Shown: positions 1 through 9,720, counted from the stretch's first letter. The stretch: 64,000 bases of DNA from Candidatus Nanoarchaeia archaeon (GCA_028279655.1 JANQNH010000007.1:35338-99337); one strand, 5' to 3'. A program made the numbers and translations. Notes: generated by a model not told the origin, from the sequence alone.

Positions 1-36
1 TATTCAGAACTAGTAGTTGATACAGCAACCAGAACA

Positions 37-381
37 ATGAGTGCTAAAGGAGTAGTAGATCCCATAAAATTAACTGATGACAATCAAGCATTGGTAGAGA
101 GAATTTTTAGTGCAGACTATGAAGTGATAATGGAACACCTATCAGCAGTAGGGGTAGAACAGATAAGGATTAAAGTCTACCACCCAACATCTGTAAATAA
201 GATGATTGGGAAAGCAAAGTTCATTGCACACCCAGTCCTAGCGTATTGTAATGAAAATGAACTTGTAATCGATGCCACAGGAGATGCTAGACTCATGCTA
301 CAGAATGGACACCCAGACGGTATGGGAAGAGAGCATCTTTCAAGCAGAAAACTTAGAAGGGCATATATCAAAAAAAAATAA
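37..381 (+). CDS. hypothetical protein, possibly continuing upstream of the window
   Basis: 114-aa ORF; reading frame is open from nt 1 to the ATG at 37; no family recognised. Confidence 0.45.
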   Translation: MSAKGVVDPIKLTDDNQALVERIFSADYEVIMEHLSAVGVEQIRIKVYHPTSVNKMIGKAKFIAHPVLAYCNENELVIDATGDARLMLQNGHPDGMGREHLSSRKLRRAYIKKK

Positions 382-396
382 AACCAATAAAAACTA

Positions 397-1005
397 TTAC
401 AACTGGCTTTTTCTATATTTTATCAAATCCTTTATGGTATAGATAGAAAGCTTGTGTTTCAAAACAAACTTCTCAAGATCAGGAAGCTTTGCCATTGTCC
501 CATCCTCATTCATAACCTCAGCAATAACAGCAGCTGGATACAATCCCCCTAACCTACAGAGATCCACAGCAGCCTCTGTATGGCCTTCTCTATCCAGGAC
601 ACCATTCTCAGCAGCTCTTAAAGGAAACATATGTCCAGGCCTTGCAAGATCCTCAGGCTTACTATCCCTATCCAACAATGCCTTGATCGTCTCCAACCTA
701 TCATTAACACTCATGCCAGTGGTAGTATTCTTCTTTGCATCCACAGAAACCGTAAACGGCGTATTGAACTTATCCGAGTTATCAGGCACCATAAGCGGTA
801 TTTCAAGCTCATCCAGCCTCTCTCCAGAGATAGGCACACACATCAGTCCTTTTGCCCATTGAAGAATATAATTAAGCTTAGAAGGTGTAACATTCTCAGC
901 AGCAACAACCAAATCTCCTTCATTCTCCCTGTTCTCATCATCCACAATAACAATAAAGTCACCTCTCTGAAGCTCCTTTATCGCATCCTCTATCTTTCCA
1001 AACAT
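397..1005 (-). CDS. ribB: 3,4-dihydroxy-2-butanone 4-phosphate synthase
   Basis: 202 aa with DHBP synthase signatures (RGDFIVIVDDENRENEGDLV, GHTEAAVDLCRLGG); TATA-like TTTTTTAAATAG upstream on minus strand. Confidence 0.93.
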   Translation of the reverse strand: MFGKIEDAIKELQRGDFIVIVDDENRENEGDLVVAAENVTPSKLNYILQWAKGLMCVPISGERLDELEIPLMVPDNSDKFNTPFTVSVDAKKNTTTGMSVNDRLETIKALLDRDSKPEDLARPGHMFPLRAAENGVLDREGHTEAAVDLCRLGGLYPAAVIAEVMNEDGTMAKLPDLEKFVLKHKLSIYTIKDLIKYRKSQL

Positions 1006-1073
1006 AGAAAAGGAAAAGACCAGGGCTATTTAAAAAAGTAATGTTTTTAGTTACCCGTTTTCAGGTTGTTACC

Positions 1074-2156
1074 CTAATTTAGATTCTGCAAAGCAACATA
1101 GGTATCTATGAGATAAGGAATATACTCAGATACAACATCAACATTAAACTTAGATCCATCACCTAAGTCTATAATTGGTTTCTTGCCTATACCAACCTTA
1201 TCCCCTCTGCCTGGAAGAAACCTGTTGTCGCCTACATTAGAAAAGATATTTCTGGGAAAATCACTGGAATTCAAAGCATCTACCCCTAGTTTAAAATCAC
1301 CATTAGCTATACATCCATTCACATAAGCCTCAAGTTTTTTATTAGATCCCATATATGTTGCTAATAAAAGTGATTCCTCCCCTCTTTCTTCTCTAACAGA
1401 AACAACAGTATAATGTTTATCCTTTCCTTTATCAATACATAAAATCCCTCCATGACTATAAGTATCTTTATCAATCATCCCCCTATGAGAAAATCTCTCT
1501 TTGGTTAATCCCTTCACATTCTCCACCAAATAAGATATCACCATCTGCTCTAGATGGGGCTTAACCAACCGCAAAGAATCTATATGCCTTAGATTTCCCT
1601 GTGTTACCAAAACATATTGTTCACCAGCCTCTCCAGAAGATCTTACCACTAGTGGTTCCTTATCAACACCATCAGACATTAATAAATCTCCTCCATCCAA
1701 CCTTAATCCATCCAAAAACATATCCTCTGTTTTCATTAAACTCAAAGTACTATTTGACAAGGCATCCGCAGCTTCCAAGTAAGAATTTTCAGATAAAAAT
1801 CTAGAAACCTCTGGCACAACAGAATTGGCATCCGGCTTTTCAAATCCTCTATACAGGATAGTATCCAATCGGTGCTCCTCTCTAGCATCCAATATAACAT
1901 ACATAAGACCAACCTGCTGATCCATACCAAAATCAACAACAAAAATCTTCTCAGGAAGATACTTAAACAATCCATGCATATATTCCGAAGCTTTCTGGAT
2001 AGGACCATAATCAATCCTGTCAAGAGCCCTGGCCAGATTGGTTTCCTCTCTTGATGGCTCTTTTCCTCTAAAAAAAGAACGAACTCGATCACTTTGACAC
2101 CCAACAGCCAGAGAAATATAAAAAGCTAACAACCACTTTAGAAATCTATTATCCAT
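1074..2156 (-). CDS. hypothetical lipoprotein-like secreted protein
   Basis: N-terminal hydrophobic segment ending in lipobox-like LAVGC; ATG at 2156 preferred to GTG at 2165; no family recognised. Confidence 0.55.
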   Translation of the reverse strand: MDNRFLKWLLAFYISLAVGCQSDRVRSFFRGKEPSREETNLARALDRIDYGPIQKASEYMHGLFKYLPEKIFVVDFGMDQQVGLMYVILDAREEHRLDTILYRGFEKPDANSVVPEVSRFLSENSYLEAADALSNSTLSLMKTEDMFLDGLRLDGGDLLMSDGVDKEPLVVRSSGEAGEQYVLVTQGNLRHIDSLRLVKPHLEQMVISYLVENVKGLTKERFSHRGMIDKDTYSHGGILCIDKGKDKHYTVVSVREERGEESLLLATYMGSNKKLEAYVNGCIANGDFKLGVDALNSSDFPRNIFSNVGDNRFLPGRGDKVGIGKKPIIDLGDGSKFNVDVVSEYIPYLIDTYVALQNLN

Positions 2157-2171
2157 CACCCTCACCAGGTT

Positions 2172-3245
2172 CTAGAGATACCCTTCAATAAGGATATCCC
2201 TTCCAATCTTCCTATAATCTAAATCTTTTAACTTTATAGACTTATCAACCTTATTAATCCCAAGATCTCCAAGAGCACCCAATCCCTTTCCAATAAACTG
2301 AGGAGAAATAAAAAATAATACCTTATCTGTTATCCCTGATTTGATTGCTTCAGCATTAAGTTCTGCTCCTCCTTCAACCAATATTGAGCAGATATCTCTT
2401 TTCCCTAACTCCTTAACAAGCTGCTTTAGATCAACCTTTCCATTCTTTGCATCAACCACAAGTACATGAACGCCCTTCTGCAGTAATCTCTTGACCTTTG
2501 TCTTAGGTGCCTTCTTGGAAGTTGCAATTATAAGCTTAGATCCTTCATTCTTGATAATCTTTGCATTCGCATTGATTTTAAGTTTCGTATCCACCACAAT
2601 CTTTATAGGATTTCTACCCTTTACCAACCTAACAGTAAGCTGGGGATTATCCTTAAGAACAGTATTTATGCCTACCATAACAGCATCATACTCTGCCCTT
2701 AACTCATGGACAAACTTCCTTGCTTCCCTGCCAGTTATATACTTTGAATCCCCTGTCCTTGTAGCAATCTGCCCATCCAGGCTCATAGCTGCTTTTACAA
2801 CCACCAATGGTCTTTTAGACCTTATCCATTTGATATAAGGCTCATTAAGCTTCTTGGCCTCTTCTTCCAAAATACCTATCCTTGTCTTTATCCCCCTAAA
2901 CTTGAGTTCCTGATAACCATTAACCTTAGGATTAGGATCCTTCATAGCAACAACTACCTCCCTTACACCAGCAGAAACGATCTGCTCAGTACAAGGGGGG
3001 GTTCTTCCCCAATGACTACACGGCTCCAGATTTACATACATAATGCTGTCCTTAGCCTTCCTGCCAGCCTCCTTAAGGGCACACACCTCTGCATGAGCAT
3101 CCCCGCACTTCTTATGCCATCCTCTCCCTACTATCCTTCCTCTCTTAACTATAAGTGCTCCAACTAAAGGATTAGGGCTAACATCCCCCCTTCCTCTGGC
3201 AGCTAAGCTTAATGCTAATTCCATATACTTCCTATGTGATATCAT
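2172..3245 (-). CDS. ribD: bifunctional riboflavin deaminase/reductase (diaminohydroxyphosphoribosylaminopyrimidine deaminase + 5-amino-6-(5-phosphoribosylamino)uracil reductase)
   Basis: Zinc deaminase motifs HAEVCAL and PCSHWGRTPPC followed by RibD C-terminal reductase domain; ATG at 3245 preferred to the GTG-initiated long ORF (3290). Confidence 0.9.
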   Translation of the reverse strand: MISHRKYMELALSLAARGRGDVSPNPLVGALIVKRGRIVGRGWHKKCGDAHAEVCALKEAGRKAKDSIMYVNLEPCSHWGRTPPCTEQIVSAGVREVVVAMKDPNPKVNGYQELKFRGIKTRIGILEEEAKKLNEPYIKWIRSKRPLVVVKAAMSLDGQIATRTGDSKYITGREARKFVHELRAEYDAVMVGINTVLKDNPQLTVRLVKGRNPIKIVVDTKLKINANAKIIKNEGSKLIIATSKKAPKTKVKRLLQKGVHVLVVDAKNGKVDLKQLVKELGKRDICSILVEGGAELNAEAIKSGITDKVLFFISPQFIGKGLGALGDLGINKVDKSIKLKDLDYRKIGRDILIEGYL

Positions 3246-3347
3246 AGTAAGATTACCTAAATACCCCCATTTACAATAAGAAATAAGCACTGAGTATATA
3301 AAGATTTGTGGTTATTGGATAGGAGGAAAGAAATTTCACAATTAAGT

Positions 3348-4730
3348 TTACTTTGCTCCTCTCATAGTAGCTCCTCTTTCCAACTCACATGTCCATTTAT
3401 TTGCAATAAATTCAGAGTCCTTTCCAGAAAGTCTTTTTACTGGTCCGAATAAAGAAGCATATTTTTCAACCTGCAGGGTATCATTTACCATGATAGCTGC
3501 ATTTCGAGCTGCATTTGTTCTCTCTGCCATAGGATCCTCACTTTTTTCACTCACGTCACTCTTATAATGACCGCCAACAGTTGCAATACCAATCCCTTCA
3601 ATAACAAAGGTCCGAGAATACATATCCCCATATCCTTTTTCCACCTGTTCTTGAATGTCTCCTCTTAGCCTAAGAATATCTGTAGCATCGTTTATATCGA
3701 TATAATTATCAGACAATCCCGCAGACACAATTGAATCCGGAGAAGTTCTGGTAAAATATCCAGCAAGCCCTTTTGCTTTCTTAGACTGAGCATACTTTCT
3801 TGCCAGATCTGTGGTGTTAAGATACATAACTCCCTCTTCTGTAGTAAGCTTTATCAGATTCAATCCTGGCTCAACTATCTCTGTGTCATAGGTATAATCT
3901 CCACTTCCGTCAAATACCTTTTCATATATTGCTTCCATCGTATTCTTCACAATATCTTCTTTCAATTCCCCTTCGAATGTATCTTCCTTATTTTCACCAA
4001 AAGGATTTTTATCGAAATCATAACCACATTTTTTTCCCTGCTCTCTGATTATGTTCCAAGCTGTGCTTTCTAACTGTTCTCTGCGACTTTCCAAGGTTTT
4101 AAAATCAGGTGCAGCTATCCATGCTCCATGATTTTCTTGGATCACACCATACAACTCTCCTTTATGAGAAGGCATCATCTTCTGAACAGTCTGACCAAGC
4201 CCAATTCCAGGTATCTGGAATGGAACCTCTAGATATGTTTTCCCAAGTCCCTCATTTAATAGTTCCATTCCCCGCTGAGAAGATGTTAAGATTGAAAGAG
4301 AGGTTTTATGCGGATGATATACGATTACCTGCTCTGATCCGCTCCTTATATAATGGTCAGCAAGCAAAGCATGAACAGGATGTTCTATGGTATTTTTTTT
4401 GCCTTCTTGATTTAGAGCAGCTTGTTTTCTGCTTTCTTCATATTGGTCTTCCCTTATAGTATCGACTTTATCTGTAAACTTAGCCATATCATCAAAAGCC
4501 AGTGCACCTGAGGTTAAGGCCATCTTATCCAAGGTCAACTCACCAAAAGCCTTTCCACTAGGAGAACAAAGCATCTCTATTCCACTGCCTGGTACAGCAT
4601 CACTAAATTCCTGAGTCTTCCTAGAAAAAGAAACATTACCTCCTCCAGCAATACTCTCTCTATTCGATACGTTCCATTCGATTATCTGTTCTAACGGTGC
4701 CTGTGCCCATGTAAAATCTTCTCTTGGCAT
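3348..4730 (-). CDS. class II aldolase/adducin-domain protein, like the N-terminal half of bifunctional rhamnulose-1-phosphate aldolase/alcohol dehydrogenase (YuxG/RhaEW type), stand-alone
   Basis: GGGNVS (cf. GGGNTS), IEHPVHALL...YHPH, ENHGAW and C-terminal R..VIEGIG blocks collinear with remembered B. subtilis YuxG N-terminal domain; no SDR half; ATG at 4730 preferred. Confidence 0.65.
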   Translation of the reverse strand: MPREDFTWAQAPLEQIIEWNVSNRESIAGGGNVSFSRKTQEFSDAVPGSGIEMLCSPSGKAFGELTLDKMALTSGALAFDDMAKFTDKVDTIREDQYEESRKQAALNQEGKKNTIEHPVHALLADHYIRSGSEQVIVYHPHKTSLSILTSSQRGMELLNEGLGKTYLEVPFQIPGIGLGQTVQKMMPSHKGELYGVIQENHGAWIAAPDFKTLESRREQLESTAWNIIREQGKKCGYDFDKNPFGENKEDTFEGELKEDIVKNTMEAIYEKVFDGSGDYTYDTEIVEPGLNLIKLTTEEGVMYLNTTDLARKYAQSKKAKGLAGYFTRTSPDSIVSAGLSDNYIDINDATDILRLRGDIQEQVEKGYGDMYSRTFVIEGIGIATVGGHYKSDVSEKSEDPMAERTNAARNAAIMVNDTLQVEKYASLFGPVKRLSGKDSEFIANKWTCELERGATMRGAK

Positions 4731-4845
4731 ATGTCTCCCCCAAACCATCAAAACCAGCCAACATTTAAATACTTTTCCCCCCATAACCACTTTAAAATGA
4801 AAACGAAGAGAAAGATTTAAATATCAGCCACAAAATTAAGATATT

Positions 4846-6087
4846 ATGGGGGAAGAAAAGTATTATAGGATAATAACAGAATTAAATAGCTCAAAGCCAG
4901 AAGTAAGAGCAAAAGCACTAGATGAGTTAGCCACCCTTGAAAGATCCGAGATACCTGCACAAATTCTCATTAATGATCCAAATGGATCAGTAAATCTTCA
5001 TATGCATTCTATCTTTTCATATAATCCTTATGGTTGGTCTCCTGCAAGGTGTGTTTGGGAAGCTCTACTGGCAGGAGCAGAATACGTTGGAGGCGTAGAA
5101 TTTGACGTTCTTGATCACCTTGAAGAACTCTTTGAAGCAGGAGATAGATTCAACATTAAAGTGGTTGGTGGTGTGGAGACAAGGGTTTTTGCACCAGAAT
5201 TTGGTGGAAGAGTAATAAACTCCCCTGGTGAAGAAAACATAACCTATGCAATGGGGCACGCTATTCCAATAATTCCAAATGCAGATTCAGATGCAGGACA
5301 ATTTCTCGCTGACATGAAAGCAATGGCAAGAGAAAGAAACCTAGAGATACTAACAAAGGTTAATGCCCACTTAGGAGATATTGGTGCTATAGATTATGAG
5401 AATGAAGTTATTACACTAACACCAAAAGGAAATGCTACTGAAAGGCATATGGTCCAGGCCTATGAGAAAAAGGTTAGGGACCACTTTGGAGCAAATGTCA
5501 ATGGTCTTTGTGATTATTGGGCAGACAAGTTAAGTAACGAGAAGAAAAAAGTTACGCCTGATGATATAAGGCAGGTTCTAGCAGAAGATAAAAAACCTAA
5601 ATTATATAAGCTAATTAGAGGCCAATTGATGAAACAAGGTGGAGTTGGATATATTACACCTGATCCAAATAGCTTCCCTTTAATGACTAAATTCTTTGAA
5701 TGGATAAAAGAATGCAAAGGAATTCCAGTTGCTACATGGTTAAACGGTAATTCAGATGGAGAAAAGGATCCAACAGAACTACTAGGTATATATAAAGAAG
5801 CAGGTGCCGCAGCCCTAAACATCATTCCAGATAGAAATTTCAATCACGATTTCCCAGGAGGATGGCCTGCTAATGATCAAGATTATCAAAACCTTGTTGC
5901 TGTCATTGAAGCAGCAAAAGAATTAAATTGGCCAATATCTTTCGGAACAGAACTAAACACAGCAGGACATCGTGTCATGGATATCTGGGACTCACCAGCC
6001 CTAAAACCGTACAAGAAGTTTGCCTATGAAAGCGCACAGTTCTTTTATGAGCACTCTCAAAAACAAAGAGCTTTACTTCTTCAGTAA
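4846..6087 (+). CDS. PHP-family metal-dependent phosphoesterase-like protein
   Basis: N-terminal VNLHMHSIFS...GAEYVGGVEFDVLDH resembles PHP domain metal-binding motifs; divergent from the aldolase gene with two TATA-like boxes between. Confidence 0.55.
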   Translation: MGEEKYYRIITELNSSKPEVRAKALDELATLERSEIPAQILINDPNGSVNLHMHSIFSYNPYGWSPARCVWEALLAGAEYVGGVEFDVLDHLEELFEAGDRFNIKVVGGVETRVFAPEFGGRVINSPGEENITYAMGHAIPIIPNADSDAGQFLADMKAMARERNLEILTKVNAHLGDIGAIDYENEVITLTPKGNATERHMVQAYEKKVRDHFGANVNGLCDYWADKLSNEKKKVTPDDIRQVLAEDKKPKLYKLIRGQLMKQGGVGYITPDPNSFPLMTKFFEWIKECKGIPVATWLNGNSDGEKDPTELLGIYKEAGAAALNIIPDRNFNHDFPGGWPANDQDYQNLVAVIEAAKELNWPISFGTELNTAGHRVMDIWDSPALKPYKKFAYESAQFFYEHSQKQRALLLQ

Positions 6088-6606
6088 ACTAACCGGCTGC
6101 TTCAAGGCATATTCTACTGCCTTATCAGTCAACCTATCTGTTACAACACCAATATTAAAGTAAACCTTCCATTTATCACTTACTGGATCTTTTGGAGTAT
6201 ACAGGCATTTTCCATTTGATGCATTAGCTAGCCTATCATAAAAAGGGATCGCATACTCGTTTTGCAGATCTGCCCTAAGCACATAGGCCTTACTGTTCTG
6301 ATGAATCTTCTCCATCAGATTCTTTGCAACCCCATTGTTCCTTTTGTCCTTACTGACAGCTAACTTATTAACATAATCAAATCCGAGATATCCATCCTCA
6401 CCTATAGCTTCCTGTACAATGGCAGCACCGACATACCTTTCATCTTCTTCAGCAATCACAACATATTTAGGATCAACAGCATCAAAAAAATCATCTACCA
6501 GCTTTCTCTCACACCCGTCACTAGAGAAAGCATCCTCTATGAGGTCTGTTAACTTCTTCTTATCTACCCAATTCCATCCATCTTCAGACATAGGATATTT
6601 TATCAT
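6073..6606 (-). CDS. GNAT-family N-acetyltransferase, candidate short-form amino-acid (glutamate) N-acetyltransferase
   Basis: 177 aa, acetyl-CoA binding core LAVSKDKRNNGVAKNLMEKI; shares an upstream palindromic box with argF. Confidence 0.55.
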   Translation of the reverse strand: MIKYPMSEDGWNWVDKKKLTDLIEDAFSSDGCERKLVDDFFDAVDPKYVVIAEEDERYVGAAIVQEAIGEDGYLGFDYVNKLAVSKDKRNNGVAKNLMEKIHQNSKAYVLRADLQNEYAIPFYDRLANASNGKCLYTPKDPVSDKWKVYFNIGVVTDRLTDKAVEYALKQPVSLLKK

Positions 6607-6670
6607 AAACCAGAAAATCCCTAATCCACTTTTAAACCTATGGACCTATATAGAACAAAATAGACAAAAA

Positions 6671-6686
6671 TGTCCCATATTAGACA
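6671..6686. promoter_or_regulatory. palindromic box TGTCCCATATTAGACA, 64 nt upstream of the GNAT start
   Basis: 19-mer AAATGTCCCATATTrGACA repeated at 8362-8380 at the same distance from argF. Confidence 0.5.
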
Positions 6687-6698
6687 TAAACAAATAAT

Positions 6699-7448
6699 CT
6701 AGAAAAACAACATCTTTATCGCAAAAGCAATCGCAACTACAATAAGTGGATATCTTATCCATGCGCTTCCTTTCTTTAAGGTTATACAGGAGCCGAACCA
6801 TGCACCTATAAAATAAAGGATAGCTATAGGTATGGCCAATTTGTAATCGATCAACCCCTTAGCTGCAAAGATTACCAAAGCAGGGATTGCTGCTCCGAAT
6901 TCCAGGAACCTTGCATTACCGATTGATTCCACAAATTCCTTCTTTAGCAATGAACTCAAGACCATAACAATCAATACGCTTGCTGCAGCTCCGTAAAAGC
7001 CATGATATATCCCTAAAAAGAAGAAAAGAATCACCGCCAATGTAACGTTTCTCTTTCTAATATCTATCTTTATAGGTTTAACACCAAAATTCCTATTAAA
7101 TAACATAAAACAAGCTATGATCAGCATCAAAACACCTATTACCTTCTGGAGTATGTGTTCCTTGGTTCCTATAACAAAAAAGCTGCCAAGGATACTTCCA
7201 AATACCATAACCATCGCAAAAGGCCAGCTAAACCTAAGATCCACCTTTCCTCCCCTAAGATAATTTACAAATACAAGGCCAAAAGAGATAGAGGTTAGCT
7301 TTGTAATGCCGATAACATGGTGTATATCAAGGCCCAGAAACAACAATCCAGGTATAAGTATAAGGTACGATCCACCTACCATGCCACCAACAATACCAGA
7401 TACAAATGCAATTATCGCAGCAAGAATCATACTCATTGGTTCCATCAT
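6699..7448 (-). CDS. TSUP (TauE/SafE, DUF81) family anion exporter-like membrane protein
   Basis: 249 aa, about 7-8 TM, N-terminal GIVGGMVGGSYLILIPGLLFLG typical of TSUP; ATGA overlap with argF stop. Confidence 0.75.
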   Translation of the reverse strand: MMEPMSMILAAIIAFVSGIVGGMVGGSYLILIPGLLFLGLDIHHVIGITKLTSISFGLVFVNYLRGGKVDLRFSWPFAMVMVFGSILGSFFVIGTKEHILQKVIGVLMLIIACFMLFNRNFGVKPIKIDIRKRNVTLAVILFFFLGIYHGFYGAAASVLIVMVLSSLLKKEFVESIGNARFLEFGAAIPALVIFAAKGLIDYKLAIPIAILYFIGAWFGSCITLKKGSAWIRYPLIVVAIAFAIKMLFF

Positions 7449-8299
7449 ATCTTCCCCATCAATCTAAGAAGCAATGCCTTCTGCGCATGCAGCCTGTTCT
7501 CTGCCTGGTCAAATACTATGCTTTGGGAAGAATCAAGAACCTCATCCGTAACCTCATAACCTCTATAAGCAGGCAGGTTATGCATAAACAATGCCTTTCC
7601 TAATAGTTTCTTATTAACCTGATAAGGTCTAAAGACCTTTAATCTTTTTGCTTTCTCTTTCTCCTGGCCCATACTTATCCATGTATCTGTATAGACAACA
7701 TCTGCACCCTTAACAGCCTTAACTTCGTCTGTCAATAGGTCAGGATTCTCAATCGGCTCATAGCCTTTTGGAACAGCCACACTGATCTTAATCCCTACCT
7801 TCCTACATCCAAGGATAAGGCTATTACATACATTATTCCCATCACCAACCCAAGAAACCTTTAATCCCTTGAACTTACCAAACCGCTCCTTGATTGTTAA
7901 TAGGTCAGCAAGTGTCTGGCATGGATGATACCTGTCACTTAAAGCATTGATCACTGGCTTACTGCTGTTCTCAGCCATCACCTCGATCTTTTTATGCCCA
8001 TAGACCCTGGCCATAATAACATCAACATACCTGGATATACACTTAATCTCATCCTTAATGTCTGCCTTGCCCAGCTGAGTACTGCTCCAATCAATAAACA
8101 GTGCATGCCCCCCTAACTGCGCCATACCTGCCTCAAAGCTTATCCTTGTCCTTGTTGAGGTTTTCTCAAAAAGCATAGCAAGGGTCTTTCCCTTTAGCAC
8201 CTTATAGTACTTTTCAGGATCCTCTTTGATCAACATAGCCTCATCGATTAGATGCAGTATATCTTCCTTATCCCAATCCTTTAACGTAATCAGGTCCAT
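7445..8299 (-). CDS. argF: ornithine carbamoyltransferase (short, with HNLP instead of HCLP)
   Basis: STRTRISFE carbamoyl-phosphate motif, HPCQTLADL, DTWISMGQE ornithine motif; 284 aa. Confidence 0.85.
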   Translation of the reverse strand: MDLITLKDWDKEDILHLIDEAMLIKEDPEKYYKVLKGKTLAMLFEKTSTRTRISFEAGMAQLGGHALFIDWSSTQLGKADIKDEIKCISRYVDVIMARVYGHKKIEVMAENSSKPVINALSDRYHPCQTLADLLTIKERFGKFKGLKVSWVGDGNNVCNSLILGCRKVGIKISVAVPKGYEPIENPDLLTDEVKAVKGADVVYTDTWISMGQEKEKAKRLKVFRPYQVNKKLLGKALFMHNLPAYRGYEVTDEVLDSSQSIVFDQAENRLHAQKALLLRLMGKI

Positions 8300-8364
8300 A
8301 GGAAAATCAGAGATACCATAATATTTAAAGCTATTGAATAGTTAAAAGAAAGATTGAACATAAA

Positions 8365-8380
8365 TGTCCCATATTGGACA
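8365..8380. promoter_or_regulatory. palindromic box TGTCCCATATTGGACA, 65 nt upstream of argF start (also upstream of purA)
   Basis: Near-perfect 16-bp palindrome (TGTCC-N6-GGACA); second copy at 6671-6686. Confidence 0.5.
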
Positions 8381-8429
8381 ACACAAAAAACGAAGTTTTT
8401 ATATATGCCCTATTTTTCTTTATTTTATT

Positions 8430-9710
8430 ATGGCAAAAACAATAGTCGTCATAGGCGGCCAATGGGGAGATGAAGGAAAAGGAAAGCTAGTCGATTTCTT
8501 AGCAAAACAGGCTGACGTCATAGCAAGGGCAACAGGCGGAAATAATGCAGGCCATACGGTTGTAGTCGAAGACCAAAAATTCAAGTTTCACTTGCTTCCT
8601 TCAGGAACAATACATAAAGGAAAGCTTAATATCTGCGGCAATGGCATGGTCATCTACCCAAAACAGATAATAAAGGAAATTAACACACTAGAAGAAAAAG
8701 GATTCACACTCACAGATAAAGAGTTAGCAGTAAGCTCTTCTTCTCACGTCATTACAGAAGAACAGATTCAAAAAGATCTAGCTACAGGAAAGAAAGTTGG
8801 CACAACAGGCAGAGGCATAGGCCCCTGCTATATGGCAAAGATAGAAAGAACAGGCCTAAGGATGTCAGAGTTCATAAAGGAAGACAATGAAGAAGCAAAC
8901 AGACTAGCTCCATTTGTAAAAGATACATATACCTTAATAAACCAGGCATTAGAAGACAAAAAAAACATACTTATCGAAGGAGCCCAGGGAACAATGCTTG
9001 ACATAGATCATGGCACATACCCTTATGTAACCTCCTCCAATCCAACCGCAGGAGGACAGTGTTCAGGATTGGGAATAGGGCCTACAAAGATAGATGATGT
9101 CATAGCGATAATAAAAGCATACACTACCAGGGTTGGAAGGGGGCCTTTCACAACAGAACTAGGCACAGATGAACAAACAACAGAAGAGGGTACATGGGAC
9201 AAGATAGAGCCAAACTTTGAGGAACAGCTGAAACAGGCAGCAGAAAAAGGCAATGGAGGGGACGAATACCACCAGGGAAAATACCTCAGGCTCATGGGCA
9301 GGGAATATGGAACCACTACCGGAAGACCAAGAAGAACAGGTTGGTTTGATGGAGTAGTTGCCAGATATGCAAGAAGGATAAATGGACTGACAACCTTTGC
9401 ACTTACAAAACTTGATTGTTTTCAGGATCTAGACAAGATCAAGCTTTGCACCCATTATGAGATAGACGGAGAGAAGACCAAGGACTTTCCCACAGACCTT
9501 GAGGAACTGAAGAAGGCAAAACCGATTTATGAGGAGATGGATGGATGGAAATCAGACATATCAGAAGCAAAGACCTTTGAAGACCTCCATGAAAACTGCC
9601 AAAAATACGTCAAAAGGATAGAAGAACTGACAGGAGTTCCAATGTGTATTGTTTCTGTCGGACCAAAAAGATCACAGACAATTATTCTTAAGAAAGAGCA
9701 CCTATTCTAA
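8430..9710 (+). CDS. purA: adenylosuccinate synthetase
   Basis: N-terminus MAKTIVVIGGQWGDEGKGK (P-loop of PurA), GTTGRGIGP, full-length collinearity; the annotated longer ORF start (8364) is an ATG inside the palindromic box. Confidence 0.95.
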   Translation: MAKTIVVIGGQWGDEGKGKLVDFLAKQADVIARATGGNNAGHTVVVEDQKFKFHLLPSGTIHKGKLNICGNGMVIYPKQIIKEINTLEEKGFTLTDKELAVSSSSHVITEEQIQKDLATGKKVGTTGRGIGPCYMAKIERTGLRMSEFIKEDNEEANRLAPFVKDTYTLINQALEDKKNILIEGAQGTMLDIDHGTYPYVTSSNPTAGGQCSGLGIGPTKIDDVIAIIKAYTTRVGRGPFTTELGTDEQTTEEGTWDKIEPNFEEQLKQAAEKGNGGDEYHQGKYLRLMGREYGTTTGRPRRTGWFDGVVARYARRINGLTTFALTKLDCFQDLDKIKLCTHYEIDGEKTKDFPTDLEELKKAKPIYEEMDGWKSDISEAKTFEDLHENCQKYVKRIEELTGVPMCIVSVGPKRSQTIILKKEHLF

Positions 9711-9720
9711 TATAAAAAAA

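Noticed and set aside
452-1041. ORFs 452-862 and 631-1041 on the plus strand, and many similar 60-190-aa ORFs antisense to long genes (e.g. 9893-10405, 32367-32882, 37090-37662, 50516-51100, 52774-53286)
   Set aside because: Each lies entirely inside, and antisense to, a gene with strong family signatures. Their translations are low-complexity (Ser/Leu/Pro/Ile-rich), as expected for the shadow frames of AT-rich coding DNA.
8364-8429. Longer purA start at 8364
   Set aside because: The extension (MSHIGQHKKRSFYICPIFLYFI) is not PurA-like. Its ATG lies inside the palindromic box. PurA homologues begin right at the MAKTIVVIGGQWGDEGKGK-type P-loop.
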